This document shows positions 27,304 to 36,285 of a stretch of DNA of 64,000 nt, in pieces. Position 1 is the first letter of the stretch; the number at the start of each line of letters is the position of its first letter. Below the pieces are notes generated by a model, which was not told where the DNA came from, ran no database searches, and saw only the letters and a list, made by a program, of their open reading frames with translations. The stretch lies in assembly GCA_038231275.1 (NCBI GenBank), contig JBBRLQ010000022.1, positions 32,001 to 96,000 of the forward strand. The letters run 5' to 3'. Position numbers and translations under genes: made by a program. This DNA comes from Polyangiales bacterium. GTDB taxonomy: Bacteria > Myxococcota_A > Polyangia > Polyangiales > Polyangiaceae.

Positions 27304-28191
27304 GTGACCGTGGACCTGCTCCGCTGGATCGACACCTACCTCGACCACCTTCGCGTCGAGCGCAGCCTCGCCGCGAACACGCTCGAGGCCTATGCGCGCG
27401 ATCTCGGCGCGCTCGCGGCGCGCATGCCCGACGACGCGGCGCCCGGCGACATCGACGCCCTCGCGATCGCCGAGCTCCTCGCGCACAACGTGAAATCCGG
27501 CGTCGGTGCCCGCTCGAGCACGCGCCAGCTCTCCGCCCTGCGCGGCTTCTTTCGCTTCTTGATCAAGGAGCGCGCGATCGCCGCGGACCCGACGGCGCTC
27601 GTGGAGCGGCCCCGCCTCGGTCGACGCCTGCCGAGGGTCCTCAGCTACGACGAGGTCGACCGCCTCCTCGCCCAGCCGCCGCACGACACCGATCGCGGCC
27701 TCCGGGATCGGGCCATGATCCACCTGCTTTACGCCTCGGGGCTTCGCGTGAGCGAGCTCTGCGGGCTCAAGCTCGGCGATCTCGATACGCAGACGGGGGT
27801 GGTGCGCGCCTTCGGAAAAGGCGGAAAGCGGCGCCTTGTCCCCGTCGGCGAGGTCGCGCTCGACGCGCTGTCGGTCTACCTCCGCGACGTCCGTAGCAAG
27901 CGGACGACCACGAGCCCCGCCCTCTTCTTGTCGCCACGCGGTGGCCCGCTGACGCGCCAGGGGTTCTGGAAGCTCTTGAAGCGTTACGCGCGCGCGGCGG
28001 GGATCACGACGCCCCTCTCGCCGCACAAGCTCCGCCATTCCTTCGCGACCCACCTGTTGCGGGGTGGGGCCGATCTGCGCGCGGTCCAGGCGATGCTCGG
28101 CCACGCGGACCTCGCGACGACGGAGATCTACACGCGCGTCGCCCAGGACCACGTCCGCGCAGCCCATACCCGAGCGCATCCGCGCGCGTAG
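27304..28191 (+). CDS. xerD: Site-specific tyrosine recombinase XerD
   Basis: NTLEAYARDL, RDRAMIHLLYASGLRVSEL, GKGGKRRLVP, TRQGFW, SPHKLRHSFATHLL, LGHADLATTEIYT, HPRA. Confidence 0.93.
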   Translation: MTVDLLRWIDTYLDHLRVERSLAANTLEAYARDLGALAARMPDDAAPGDIDALAIAELLAHNVKSGVGARSSTRQLSALRGFFRFLIKERAIAADPTALVERPRLGRRLPRVLSYDEVDRLLAQPPHDTDRGLRDRAMIHLLYASGLRVSELCGLKLGDLDTQTGVVRAFGKGGKRRLVPVGEVALDALSVYLRDVRSKRTTTSPALFLSPRGGPLTRQGFWKLLKRYARAAGITTPLSPHKLRHSFATHLLRGGADLRAVQAMLGHADLATTEIYTRVAQDHVRAAHTRAHPRA

Positions 28192-28277
28192 CCTCCGGTA
28201 TCCGTGCGGGAAGGAGCACGCGGCGCATCTTTTCCATTTCCCGTCCGGTCGACTCCTGTCTACGACTCCATCGGCCG

Positions 28278-29096
28278 ATGCACTTCACTGTCCGCGAGCC
28301 TGAACGAGGGGAGACCCCGGTGATCGTCGAGGTGCCCCATTCGGGCGTCTTCGTGCCGCCGGCGTACCTCTCGACGATGCGCGCGCCGATCGCGTCGCTT
28401 GGCCGCGACGCCGATCTCTTCGTCGATCGGCTCTACGCGGACGCTCCCGACGAGGGCGCGACGCTCATCGTGGCGCACGTCTCACGGTACGTCGTCGATC
28501 TGAACCGCGGCGAGGGCGACGTCGACGCCGACACCGTCGAGGGAGTCGCGAGCACCGTTCGCGCGACGCGTGGCCTCGTCTGGCGACTAACGGGCGATGG
28601 CGACGCCCTCCACACACGGAGGCTCACGCAGCCCGAGCTGCAAGCGCGCCTCGTCGACGTTTACCGCCCCTACCACGCCGCCATTCGCGCAGCGATCGAT
28701 CGCAAGGTCGCGCGTTTCGGCCGTGCCGTCCTGCTCGCCGCCCACTCGATGCCGAGCGCTGGCAGGGGCACCTCCCCGAACGCCGCCGAAGGGGGCCGCG
28801 CGGACGTCGTCCCCGGATCGCGCGGCCGCACGAGCGCGGACCCCCGCTACATCGACCTCGTGGAGGACCACGCGAAGGCGGCCATGTTCTCGGTGCGCCA
28901 CGATGAGCCCTACCGCGGCGGCTTCTCCACGGCGCACTACGGAAACCCGCGCGAGCACGAGCACGCCGTCCAGGTCGAGCTCGCGCGGCGCCTGTACATG
29001 GACGAGCAAAGCCTCGTTCCGCGCCCGGAGTTCGACGCGGTGCGTCGGTGGTGCCGAGAGCTCGTTTCCAAGCTGGGGCAATCAGCGCTACCCTGA
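28278..29096 (+). CDS. N-formylglutamate amidohydrolase family protein
   Basis: PHSG, DADLFVDRLY, SRYVVDLNR, YRPYH, HSMP, PYRGG, QVEL.R.LYMDE. Confidence 0.88.
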   Translation: MHFTVREPERGETPVIVEVPHSGVFVPPAYLSTMRAPIASLGRDADLFVDRLYADAPDEGATLIVAHVSRYVVDLNRGEGDVDADTVEGVASTVRATRGLVWRLTGDGDALHTRRLTQPELQARLVDVYRPYHAAIRAAIDRKVARFGRAVLLAAHSMPSAGRGTSPNAAEGGRADVVPGSRGRTSADPRYIDLVEDHAKAAMFSVRHDEPYRGGFSTAHYGNPREHEHAVQVELARRLYMDEQSLVPRPEFDAVRRWCRELVSKLGQSALP

Positions 29097-29109
29097 TCAG
29101 CGCGTACCG

Positions 29110-30141
29110 ATGCGCGAGCGACCGCCAGCTGCTACGGAACCCGGCCCGTCCGCCGAGCCGCCTCCGATGTCGACGACGTCGCTCCCGGCGCGTGCGCGGC
29201 GGAGCTCGCCCAAGCTGTCGGTGAAGCCGCCGATCCTGGCGTCGGACATCCTGCGCGATGAGGTCGCGCCGCGCGCCCCGGCACGGACGACCATTCGGTT
29301 GTGGCTCCTAGCGTTCGCCGCGGCCTGCGCCCTCTCGGCCGTGGCGGCCCGGTTCGGCGTCGGGCCGCACACGTCGCGGGTCTTCGAGGGCTCGCTCGTG
29401 ACGGCCGTGCTCGCGGCGCTAGGGGCGGTCGTCCCGGCGCCCTACGTGGCGCGGGCGACCATGGCGGTGATCGCAGGCGCAGCGCTGCTGGGTCTGGGCG
29501 CTCTCGATCGCGGTCCGCTCGCGCCGCTCGGAAGCTTGGGGATCCTGCACGCCGTCGCGGGGCTCGCTCTCGCGACGCTGTTGCCTGCGGCGCTCCTCTT
29601 CCGCGCGCGTTTTCGCGCGTTCCGGGCGGCGCGGGTCGTCCTCACCGCCGCGCTCGTACTCTCGCTGCCGGCGGTCGTGCTCGCGGTGCGCGGCGCGCTC
29701 GATCCCAGCCTCCCGCTCGCGGTTCGCGTCGCCGACGGCGCCGTCGCGGCGGGCACGCTTACCGGGCTCTTTGGCTTCATGGGGGCCGAGACCAGCGCGG
29801 GATGCGACCGCTGGGCGGCCCTGGTCCTCGCGCTCGCCTCCTTGCGTGTCGCCGCCGGCGCGCCGCAGCTCCTGGCGATGCTCGGCGACCACTCCGCGCC
29901 CGTCGACCCCGGCTACGGCGCGTGGGGTCACGTCATCGCGGCGATCGGCACGTTGGCCGCGACCACCATCGCCGCCTTTGGCCTGTTTCAGCTCCTCGCG
30001 CTGGCGCTCGGAAGCCGCGCCCGAACGGTCGACGTGCACCAGATCGCCGCCAAACCAGACCGCGACTCGGACGCGCGCGCGCGTGGCGATTCGGAGGAAG
30101 AAGCGAACGAGAGGGCCGAGCGGGCCGAGCGAGACGACTGA
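29110..30141 (+). CDS. Hypothetical polytopic membrane protein
   Basis: About 8-9 hydrophobic segments and an acidic C-terminal tail; start uncertain. Confidence 0.72.
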   Translation: MRERPPAATEPGPSAEPPPMSTTSLPARARRSSPKLSVKPPILASDILRDEVAPRAPARTTIRLWLLAFAAACALSAVAARFGVGPHTSRVFEGSLVTAVLAALGAVVPAPYVARATMAVIAGAALLGLGALDRGPLAPLGSLGILHAVAGLALATLLPAALLFRARFRAFRAARVVLTAALVLSLPAVVLAVRGALDPSLPLAVRVADGAVAAGTLTGLFGFMGAETSAGCDRWAALVLALASLRVAAGAPQLLAMLGDHSAPVDPGYGAWGHVIAAIGTLAATTIAAFGLFQLLALALGSRARTVDVHQIAAKPDRDSDARARGDSEEEANERAERAERDD

Positions 30142-30185
30142 CCCCTCGCCGCCCCCGCTACCCCTTGAACTTCATAGAAAATCGC

Positions 30186-30214
30186 TTGACAGAAGCGCCC
30201 CCATCCTCCACGTT
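30186..30214 (+). promoter_or_regulatory. Probable sigma70 promoter of rpmB
   Basis: TTGACA at 30186-30191, a 17-nt spacer, then CACGTT (weak -10), upstream of the ribosomal protein gene. Confidence 0.45.
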
Positions 30215-30242
30215 GCGCCTCCCTTTCTAGGACAATCACGCC

Positions 30243-30467
30243 ATGGCGAAGAGCGACATCACAGGCAAGCGCAAGCTCCTTGCGCAGAACGTCAGCCATT
30301 CGAACATCAAGACGAAGCGCTGGCAGAACGTGAACATCCAGACGCGCCGCGTTTGGGTTCCGGAGCTGAAGCGCTTCGTGACGTTGAAGCTGACGACGCG
30401 GGACATCCGCACGATCGACAAGATCGGCGTCATGGCGTACGCGAAGCGTCACGGCGTCAAGCTGTAG
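30243..30467 (+). CDS. rpmB: 50S ribosomal protein L28 (zinc-free type)
   Basis: ITGK...NVSHSNIKTKR...NIQ..R.W.PE; no CxxC. Confidence 0.95.
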   Translation: MAKSDITGKRKLLAQNVSHSNIKTKRWQNVNIQTRRVWVPELKRFVTLKLTTRDIRTIDKIGVMAYAKRHGVKL

Positions 30468-30537
30468 AGCGAGCGGCGTAGCGTCAGGCCTCGGCGCCGG
30501 AGAGAAATCCGATCGGCCGCGCGCCACGCCGGCTTGA

Positions 30538-31167
30538 TCACGCGAACGCGCGGATGACCATGTCGACGAGCGGTTCGACTGCCTCGGCGGCGCGCGCTTC
30601 GTTGCGGCGGTCGACGTAGCGCATCGCGACCGCTTCCATGGCCGCCACGAGCGCGAAGATCCGCAGCTCGTCGGGCGCCTTCGTGGCGATCCCCATCGCG
30701 TTCGCGCGCGTGACGCCCTCGAAGAGGAGCGCCGCGAAGCGAGATAGGAGCGCCTCGCGCCGGATTTCGTGCTCGGGCCCCGCCGCCCGCACCTCGCGAA
30801 AGAGGACGCGCGCCTGATCCGAGAAGTGCGCGATGAGGCCCATGAACGCTTCCACGCCCGCGCGGAGCTGGTCGTTCGGGTGCTGCTTCGCCCGCACGCA
30901 CTGCTCGATGACGCGAAACGACGCGTTGGCGATGCGATCGTGCAAGAGGAGCAGCACGTCCTTCAGATCGTCGAAGTGCTCGTAGAACGTGCGGCGGCTG
31001 GTTCCGGCCTCGGCGACGATGGCGTCGACCGTCGCGCCCGCGAAGCCTTTCTTCGCGAAGACGCGCGTGGCTGCCGAGAAGAGGCGACGGCGCTGCTCGC
31101 GCGCGCGATCCTCCGGCGTGGTTCGCCGATCGTATTTGCCCCGCCCCGGCGCGCGCGCGGTCGACAC
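30538..31167 (-). CDS. TetR/AcrR-family transcriptional regulator
   Basis: HTH region AATRVFAKKGFAGATVDAIVAEAGTSRRTFYEHF. Confidence 0.92.
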   Translation of the reverse strand: MSTARAPGRGKYDRRTTPEDRAREQRRRLFSAATRVFAKKGFAGATVDAIVAEAGTSRRTFYEHFDDLKDVLLLLHDRIANASFRVIEQCVRAKQHPNDQLRAGVEAFMGLIAHFSDQARVLFREVRAAGPEHEIRREALLSRFAALLFEGVTRANAMGIATKAPDELRIFALVAAMEAVAMRYVDRRNEARAAEAVEPLVDMVIRAFA

Positions 31168-31211
31168 CCGCGAATCCTGCCCGAGTCGGGCGTCTCGATC
31201 AAGTCCCCATC

Positions 31212-31233
31212 ATAGGAACGATGACGTTTCTAT
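31212..31233. promoter_or_regulatory. Inverted repeat, candidate TetR operator between divergent genes
   Basis: ATAGGAACG-atga-CGTTTCTAT (8 of 9 arm positions match) in the AT-rich divergent intergenic region. Confidence 0.6.
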
Positions 31234-31269
31234 TGAAGACGAAAGAGCACCGCAGTACTTGAATTACCC

Positions 31270-32354
31270 ATGAGGGTGCAGCCTCGCTTCGGCATGGGTT
31301 CGTTTCTATGTGTCGTCGCGGCCATTGGGTGCGCGGGGCCGGGCGACACCGCTGGGGTCGATGGACCGGGGGACGACGGAGGGATCGGCGGCGTAGGAGC
31401 GAGCAGCGGGGATGCGAGCAGGCCTCCTGCGGCGGACGCGGGCGGCGAGGGCTTCGACGCCGCGCAAAGTGACACGGGGACGACCGACGCGAGCGCGAGC
31501 GACGGCGCGCCGGTCACGGCCCTCTCGTGCTTCCAGAGCATGAAGGCGCCGTGACTGGGCCGGACTACGACCAGTACCATCCGGTCGTCCTCCCGAGCTG
31601 CGCGGGGACGCACCATCAAGAGATCCAGAAGGTCGACCGCCTCGTCTTCCTGGGCGACTCCGTCACCGAAGGCACGCCGCCGAACCTGCCCACGCAGATC
31701 TTCCGCACCCTCGTCGGCGAGGACGTGACGAAGACCTTCGGGACGATCGACATCGCCGACTGCGCGAAGTGGGGCGCGAAGATGGACGATCTGCTCATCG
31801 GCGGGCAGCAAATCCCAAAGTGCTTCCCGAAGGACGTCGATACCCGGAAGACGCTCGTCGTGATGACGATGGGCGGCAACGACATCTCGAACTGGGCGAA
31901 GGACGGCCTCGACACGCCGTCGGCGATCGCGAAGGCCGACGCCTCGGCGGGCCTCTTGCGCGACGCGATGACGTGGCTGAAAGACCCGGTGCGCTTCCCG
32001 AACGGCGTCGACGTGGTCCTCACGAATGTCTACGAGTACACCGACACCTCCGGCGATCTCCTGTCGTGCCCCGCGGCGTCGCTCGCGGGGTTCAAGAGCA
32101 ACTGGCCGCAAGGCGCGCCGGCGATCGTGCACTTCCAAGAGCAGATCATGAAGGTCGTCGTCGACACGAAGATCGACATGGTCTTCTTGCTCGAGCACTT
32201 CTGCGGCCACGGCTACCGGCGGACCGATCCGAGCCTCCAGTGCTACCGCGGGCCCAACGCGGAGCTGTGGTTCGATCTCACCTGCATCCACCCGAACCCT
32301 GCGGGGCACCAGCAGATCGCGAATCTGTTCGGCAACGTCATCCATGGCAGCTGA
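31270..32354 (+). pseudogene. SGNH/GDSL-hydrolase lipoprotein split by an apparent -1 frameshift (real or sequencing error)
   Basis: ORF 31270-31554 holds only the lipoprotein signal and DAG linker. The next frame holds FLGDS, MGGND and CIHPN (SGNH blocks). Adding one G at GG 31545-31546 joins them (SCFQSMKGAVTGPDY). Confidence 0.7.
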
Positions 32355-33396
32355 CCGGCGCCCCGCCTCGTTCGCGCTCCTTGCGGCCCTCGCGCTCACG
32401 AGCTGCGCGAACGACGTCCAGCCCGCCGCGAACGCGCCTGCCCCCGGCGAAAACGCCGACGCTGGCGCGGTCACCGACTCCGCTTCCGTCGCCGACGCCG
32501 ATGCCGCGTCCGTCGCGGACTCCGGCTCCGACGCCGAATGGGACGCCGGTTCCGTCGCCGACTCCGGCTCCGACTCTCCCTACGACCACGACGGCCCCGT
32601 CCCCTTCACGGTCGAGAGCTTCAGCGTCATGACGTCCGGGCGAACGTTCACCGTCACGGGCTACCTCCCCTCGCCCGCCGGCGCCCACCCCGTCGTGAGC
32701 CTCTCGCCAGGGCTCCTGCAGCCGGCCGTCGCGTACGCCGCATACGGGAAGCGCCTCGCGAGCCATGGCATCGCGACGCTGGTGCGCGACGATCCTGGCG
32801 CGCTCACCGTGACGACCGACGTAACGGCGGACATCGCGTACACGGTGGGGACCTGGATGGGCACAGCGCTGGCGGGTCGCGTGGATTCTGCCCACGTCGG
32901 CCTCGCGGGGCATTCGCGCGGCGGGAAAGCCACGCTCCTGGCCGCCGAGGGGGCGCTGCACGGGAAGGTTCACGCATGGTTCGGACTCGATCCCGTCGAC
33001 GCGGCGCTCTTCAGCGGCGGCGCGCAGGCGCGCGACACGATCGCCCAGATCGGCGTTCCGACCGTGCACCTCGGCGCGCAGGTCTCCTCGACGTGCGCGC
33101 CGGTCGCCGACAACTACGAGGTGCTCTTCGCGGCCGGCGCGGCTCCATCCGTGAAGATCATCGGCGTCGGCGTCGGGCACACGCAGCTCGAAGATCCCGC
33201 GAGCTGCGCCTCGTGCGGGATCTGCACGCCGGCAGGGACCGCGGACACGAAGGTCGTCCTCGCGTACGCGCTCCGCTACGCCACTGCGTTCTTTGCGCGC
33301 GAGCTGCTCGGCGATGCGCGCGTCGGCGCGGCGTTCGAGGGGGCGGGCGCGCCGGGCGACGTCGCGGCGGGCCGCGTCCAGATCGTCACGAAATAG
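32344..33396 (+). CDS. Alpha/beta-hydrolase lipoprotein, chlorophyllase/cutinase-like
   Basis: Lipobox LTSC, DAG/DSGSD linker, LASHG, GHSRGG nucleophile, GLDPVD, GHTQ..D. Confidence 0.85.
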   Translation: MAADRRPASFALLAALALTSCANDVQPAANAPAPGENADAGAVTDSASVADADAASVADSGSDAEWDAGSVADSGSDSPYDHDGPVPFTVESFSVMTSGRTFTVTGYLPSPAGAHPVVSLSPGLLQPAVAYAAYGKRLASHGIATLVRDDPGALTVTTDVTADIAYTVGTWMGTALAGRVDSAHVGLAGHSRGGKATLLAAEGALHGKVHAWFGLDPVDAALFSGGAQARDTIAQIGVPTVHLGAQVSSTCAPVADNYEVLFAAGAAPSVKIIGVGVGHTQLEDPASCASCGICTPAGTADTKVVLAYALRYATAFFARELLGDARVGAAFEGAGAPGDVAAGRVQIVTK

Positions 33397-33421
33397 GCCG
33401 ATCCGGCGGGAACGATCGTGA

Positions 33422-34459
33422 TCAGAGGCCGACGGCGGTGACGTCGGAAGCGCCTCGCACGACGCCGAGGACGCGGGCGTCGGCGGTGCGGGCCAACGCG
33501 TCGAGCGGGGCGCCGGCGACGAGCGCGCGGAGAATCGCGCCGAGCGAGCCCTCTGCGCCCGCGGCGCGGACGGCGGCGAGCGCCACGTCGACGGCGTCGA
33601 CGTCGAGGAGAGACGAGAGGGCCATCGGCGCGGCGGACGCGACGGGATCGCCGGGCCGCACGCGAGGCTTCCCGCGGAGGACAGGCGCGGCGAGGAGCGG
33701 CGCGACGAGACCGAGCGCCTCGACGAGCGCACCCTCCTCGGGCGCGGGCACCTCGTAGCACGCGACCGCGAGGACTCCGCGCATGTCGGCGGCGAGGACG
33801 GCGTGGATCGCGGCCCCCGACGGCGCGGCCGCGCTCGGGTCACGAACTCCGGCGGACCCCCAGGGGACCACGGCGAAGCGGCGCGCGTCGTGCGTGAAGG
33901 TCGCGCACGCGTCGATTCCGGGGCGCAGATCCTCGAGGTCCTCGGTGGTGACGACGCCGCCTGCCGTTCGACCCGTCGCGGCGACGAGCTCGACGGCGAT
34001 CTGGGCGTCGGCGAGCGCCGAGGGGCCGCGCTGCGCGAGACGGACGAGCACGGCCTTGCGCTCCGGAACGCCGGCCGCGAGCGTGATGCCCGCCGCGGCG
34101 ACTTGCGCGGCCGTCGCCTTGCCGAAGCTCGCGAGCGCCGTCGCGAGCGCCGCGGGGAGCGCCGGTACGCCGACGCGCGCGGCACGCGGGATCACGTCGT
34201 CGGGCAAAAACCCCCGCGGACGCGCCACGCCCTTTCCTGGCTGGCGCACGCGACCATCGATCGCACGAAGGCCAACGCCCGGCCCACCGACGAGGAGCTG
34301 CACTGGACCCAAGAGGACGCCGGCGTGCTCTCCCGCCGCCGCCAGCACGCCCGCGACGACCGCGTCCACCGCGTTGCCGCGCAGGAGCTGCTCGGTCGCG
34401 GCCGCGGCGGCCACCGGATCCGACGCGACGGCGAGCGCGCGCGCGCGACCGGCGGTCAT
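33422..34459 (-). CDS. Degenerate gamma-glutamyltransferase-like protein
   Basis: GNAVDA, IDGR, VGVP and GGVVTTEDL motifs of the GGT large subunit; short (345 aa), and the catalytic Thr region appears replaced. Confidence 0.65.
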   Translation of the reverse strand: MTAGRARALAVASDPVAAAAATEQLLRGNAVDAVVAGVLAAAGEHAGVLLGPVQLLVGGPGVGLRAIDGRVRQPGKGVARPRGFLPDDVIPRAARVGVPALPAALATALASFGKATAAQVAAAGITLAAGVPERKAVLVRLAQRGPSALADAQIAVELVAATGRTAGGVVTTEDLEDLRPGIDACATFTHDARRFAVVPWGSAGVRDPSAAAPSGAAIHAVLAADMRGVLAVACYEVPAPEEGALVEALGLVAPLLAAPVLRGKPRVRPGDPVASAAPMALSSLLDVDAVDVALAAVRAAGAEGSLGAILRALVAGAPLDALARTADARVLGVVRGASDVTAVGL

Positions 34460-35211
34460 TCCTGCTCGTCGTCCTTCACGCTGACGACACCGCGCGGGCG
34501 GATGAGCCGCGCGCCGCCGCCGACGTTCTTGGTCTTCTGCGCCCCTTGCGCGAGCGTGCGCAGGCGCTTGCACTCGTCGAGCGCCGTCGTCGTCTCGAGG
34601 ACGACGTAGGCGTCGCGCTTGTCACCGATCGCGGTGATCACACGGGTCAGCGCGGCGGCGCCGTAGGAGCGCGTCTCCCCCACGGCCGGCAGGCGCGCGT
34701 AGGCGACCGACCCCGCAGGAACGGGATCGCGCGTCGGATCGACGACGAGGACGATGCCCCACTTCGCCGCCGCCACCGCCGCGTCCTCGATCTCCCAGAC
34801 CCCGCGCGGCTCCCACGCGACCTGCGAGGCGTCTCGCGGCAAACGGCCGAGGAGCTTCTTCATCCGATCGCGCCACACCTTGCTCGGCGTGACCTCCATC
34901 GGCGTCGGGATCAAAATCGTACGCGCTTGCAGCGCCTCGACGGCGGCGATGAGCCCCTTGAGCTCGGCCTCGAGTGCAGCAGACGCGACGAGCTTGGAGA
35001 GCGCGGACCCCGCGACCGCGACGAACTCGAAGTGGGGCGGCACCGCCTTGCGCCAGCGTCGCAACGTCGCCATCGTGGCGACGCCCTTCGCCCCGTCCGC
35101 TCCCGTCGTGACCTCGAGGAGGTCGAAGCGCTTGGCGTACGCGCTCAACTCTCCGCGTAGCTGCTTGGCGCCAATGTGGAATCGAACGGACATGGGTGGG
35201 GGCGGGGACAT
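34456..35211 (-). CDS. DUF72 (YecE-like) family protein, divergent
   Basis: YAKRFDLLEV, RRWRKAVPPHFEF, AWEPRG.W, VVDP, AYARL patterns. Confidence 0.7.
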   Translation of the reverse strand: MSPPPPMSVRFHIGAKQLRGELSAYAKRFDLLEVTTGADGAKGVATMATLRRWRKAVPPHFEFVAVAGSALSKLVASAALEAELKGLIAAVEALQARTILIPTPMEVTPSKVWRDRMKKLLGRLPRDASQVAWEPRGVWEIEDAAVAAAKWGIVLVVDPTRDPVPAGSVAYARLPAVGETRSYGAAALTRVITAIGDKRDAYVVLETTTALDECKRLRTLAQGAQKTKNVGGGARLIRPRGVVSVKDDEQE

Positions 35212-35261
35212 TTGCCAGAAGTCTCGCCGCGGTACAACTCAAACCTCCTGAAGCCTCGCGA

Positions 35262-36152
35262 TCACTCCTGGAACCGAAACCACTGCGTCGGGTGCGCGCG
35301 CAGGAAGCGGCTCATCGCGTTGGCGATCGTCTGCGCGGCGCCGTCGAGCTCGACCTCCGACGCGCGACGTGCGAGGCGGACCGGCGGCGCGACCTCGATG
35401 AGATATCGGCGGAAGCCGAGGCGCGCGAAGAAGGCGGGCACGATCGGCGCTCCCGTGAGCTGCGCCAAGCGCAGTGGCCCCTCGGGCATGTGCCCTGGCG
35501 CGTCGAAGAGACGGACCGCGCGCGTCCGCTGGCCGGGCACGAGCCGATCGACCTGGAGCGCGGCAGCGCCCCCTCCCTTCACGTGACGAAGGATGGCCAG
35601 GGACGCCAGAGGCTCGTCGCCGACGTGGAGCACCGACATGCCGACCGCCTGGCGCGCCCGATCGTGGAGGCGGCGCGCGTCTGGATCGCGCTCCGCTTGC
35701 ATCACGAGCATCACGCGGAGACGGTGGTCGTGGCCGAGGAGCGGACCCACGATCTCCCAACCGGCGGTGTGCGCGGTCACGACGATGAGCCCGCGCCCAT
35801 CGGCGAGCGCGTCCTTGATGTGATTGTCCCCGTGAATCTCGGCCTTCGGGTGCTCGAAGTTCCGTGAGCCGAGCGCCAGCGCCTCGGCGAGGCAGCCGGC
35901 GTACGTCGCGAACGTACGTCCGACGTCGACCGCGTCACGCAGCGCCCCCGCCTCCCCGCGCGTTCGCGTGAGGTTCGCGCGAACGGCCCGCCGCGCCGAC
36001 GGGATCAGCGCCGCCGCGGCGAGTCCGAAGAACGGCGGCGAGTAGCGGAGCCACCACATGGGGCCGTGGGCCGCGCCGAGGTACGCGAGGCGGCGAAGGA
36101 ACGCTCCGTCATGACGGAGCTGGGACGCATGGGATCCATCGCGCGAGGGCAC
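35262..36152 (-). CDS. Lysophospholipid acyltransferase (LpxL/HtrB/PatA family)
   Basis: GRGLIVVTAHTAGWE, VDR, GP..LA..TGAPIVP, HPTQW. Confidence 0.88.
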   Translation of the reverse strand: MPSRDGSHASQLRHDGAFLRRLAYLGAAHGPMWWLRYSPPFFGLAAAALIPSARRAVRANLTRTRGEAGALRDAVDVGRTFATYAGCLAEALALGSRNFEHPKAEIHGDNHIKDALADGRGLIVVTAHTAGWEIVGPLLGHDHRLRVMLVMQAERDPDARRLHDRARQAVGMSVLHVGDEPLASLAILRHVKGGGAAALQVDRLVPGQRTRAVRLFDAPGHMPEGPLRLAQLTGAPIVPAFFARLGFRRYLIEVAPPVRLARRASEVELDGAAQTIANAMSRFLRAHPTQWFRFQE

Positions 36153-36285
36153 GGCACCTCCCAGGTAGCCGGTCGGCGGGCGCGGATCATCCTTTTTTCT
36201 TCGGAATTACGAGGGGTGATCATTTTGCGCGAACGTCGGAACACACATTGCAACACATCGTCGCCATCCCAAGGAGCCCGCCCGC

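Noticed and set aside
27304..28191. Tyrosine recombinase as a possible integrase of a mobile element
   Set aside because: It has the housekeeping XerD signatures (TRQGFW, HPRA end). No att repeats, tRNA, cargo genes or compositional shift were seen nearby.
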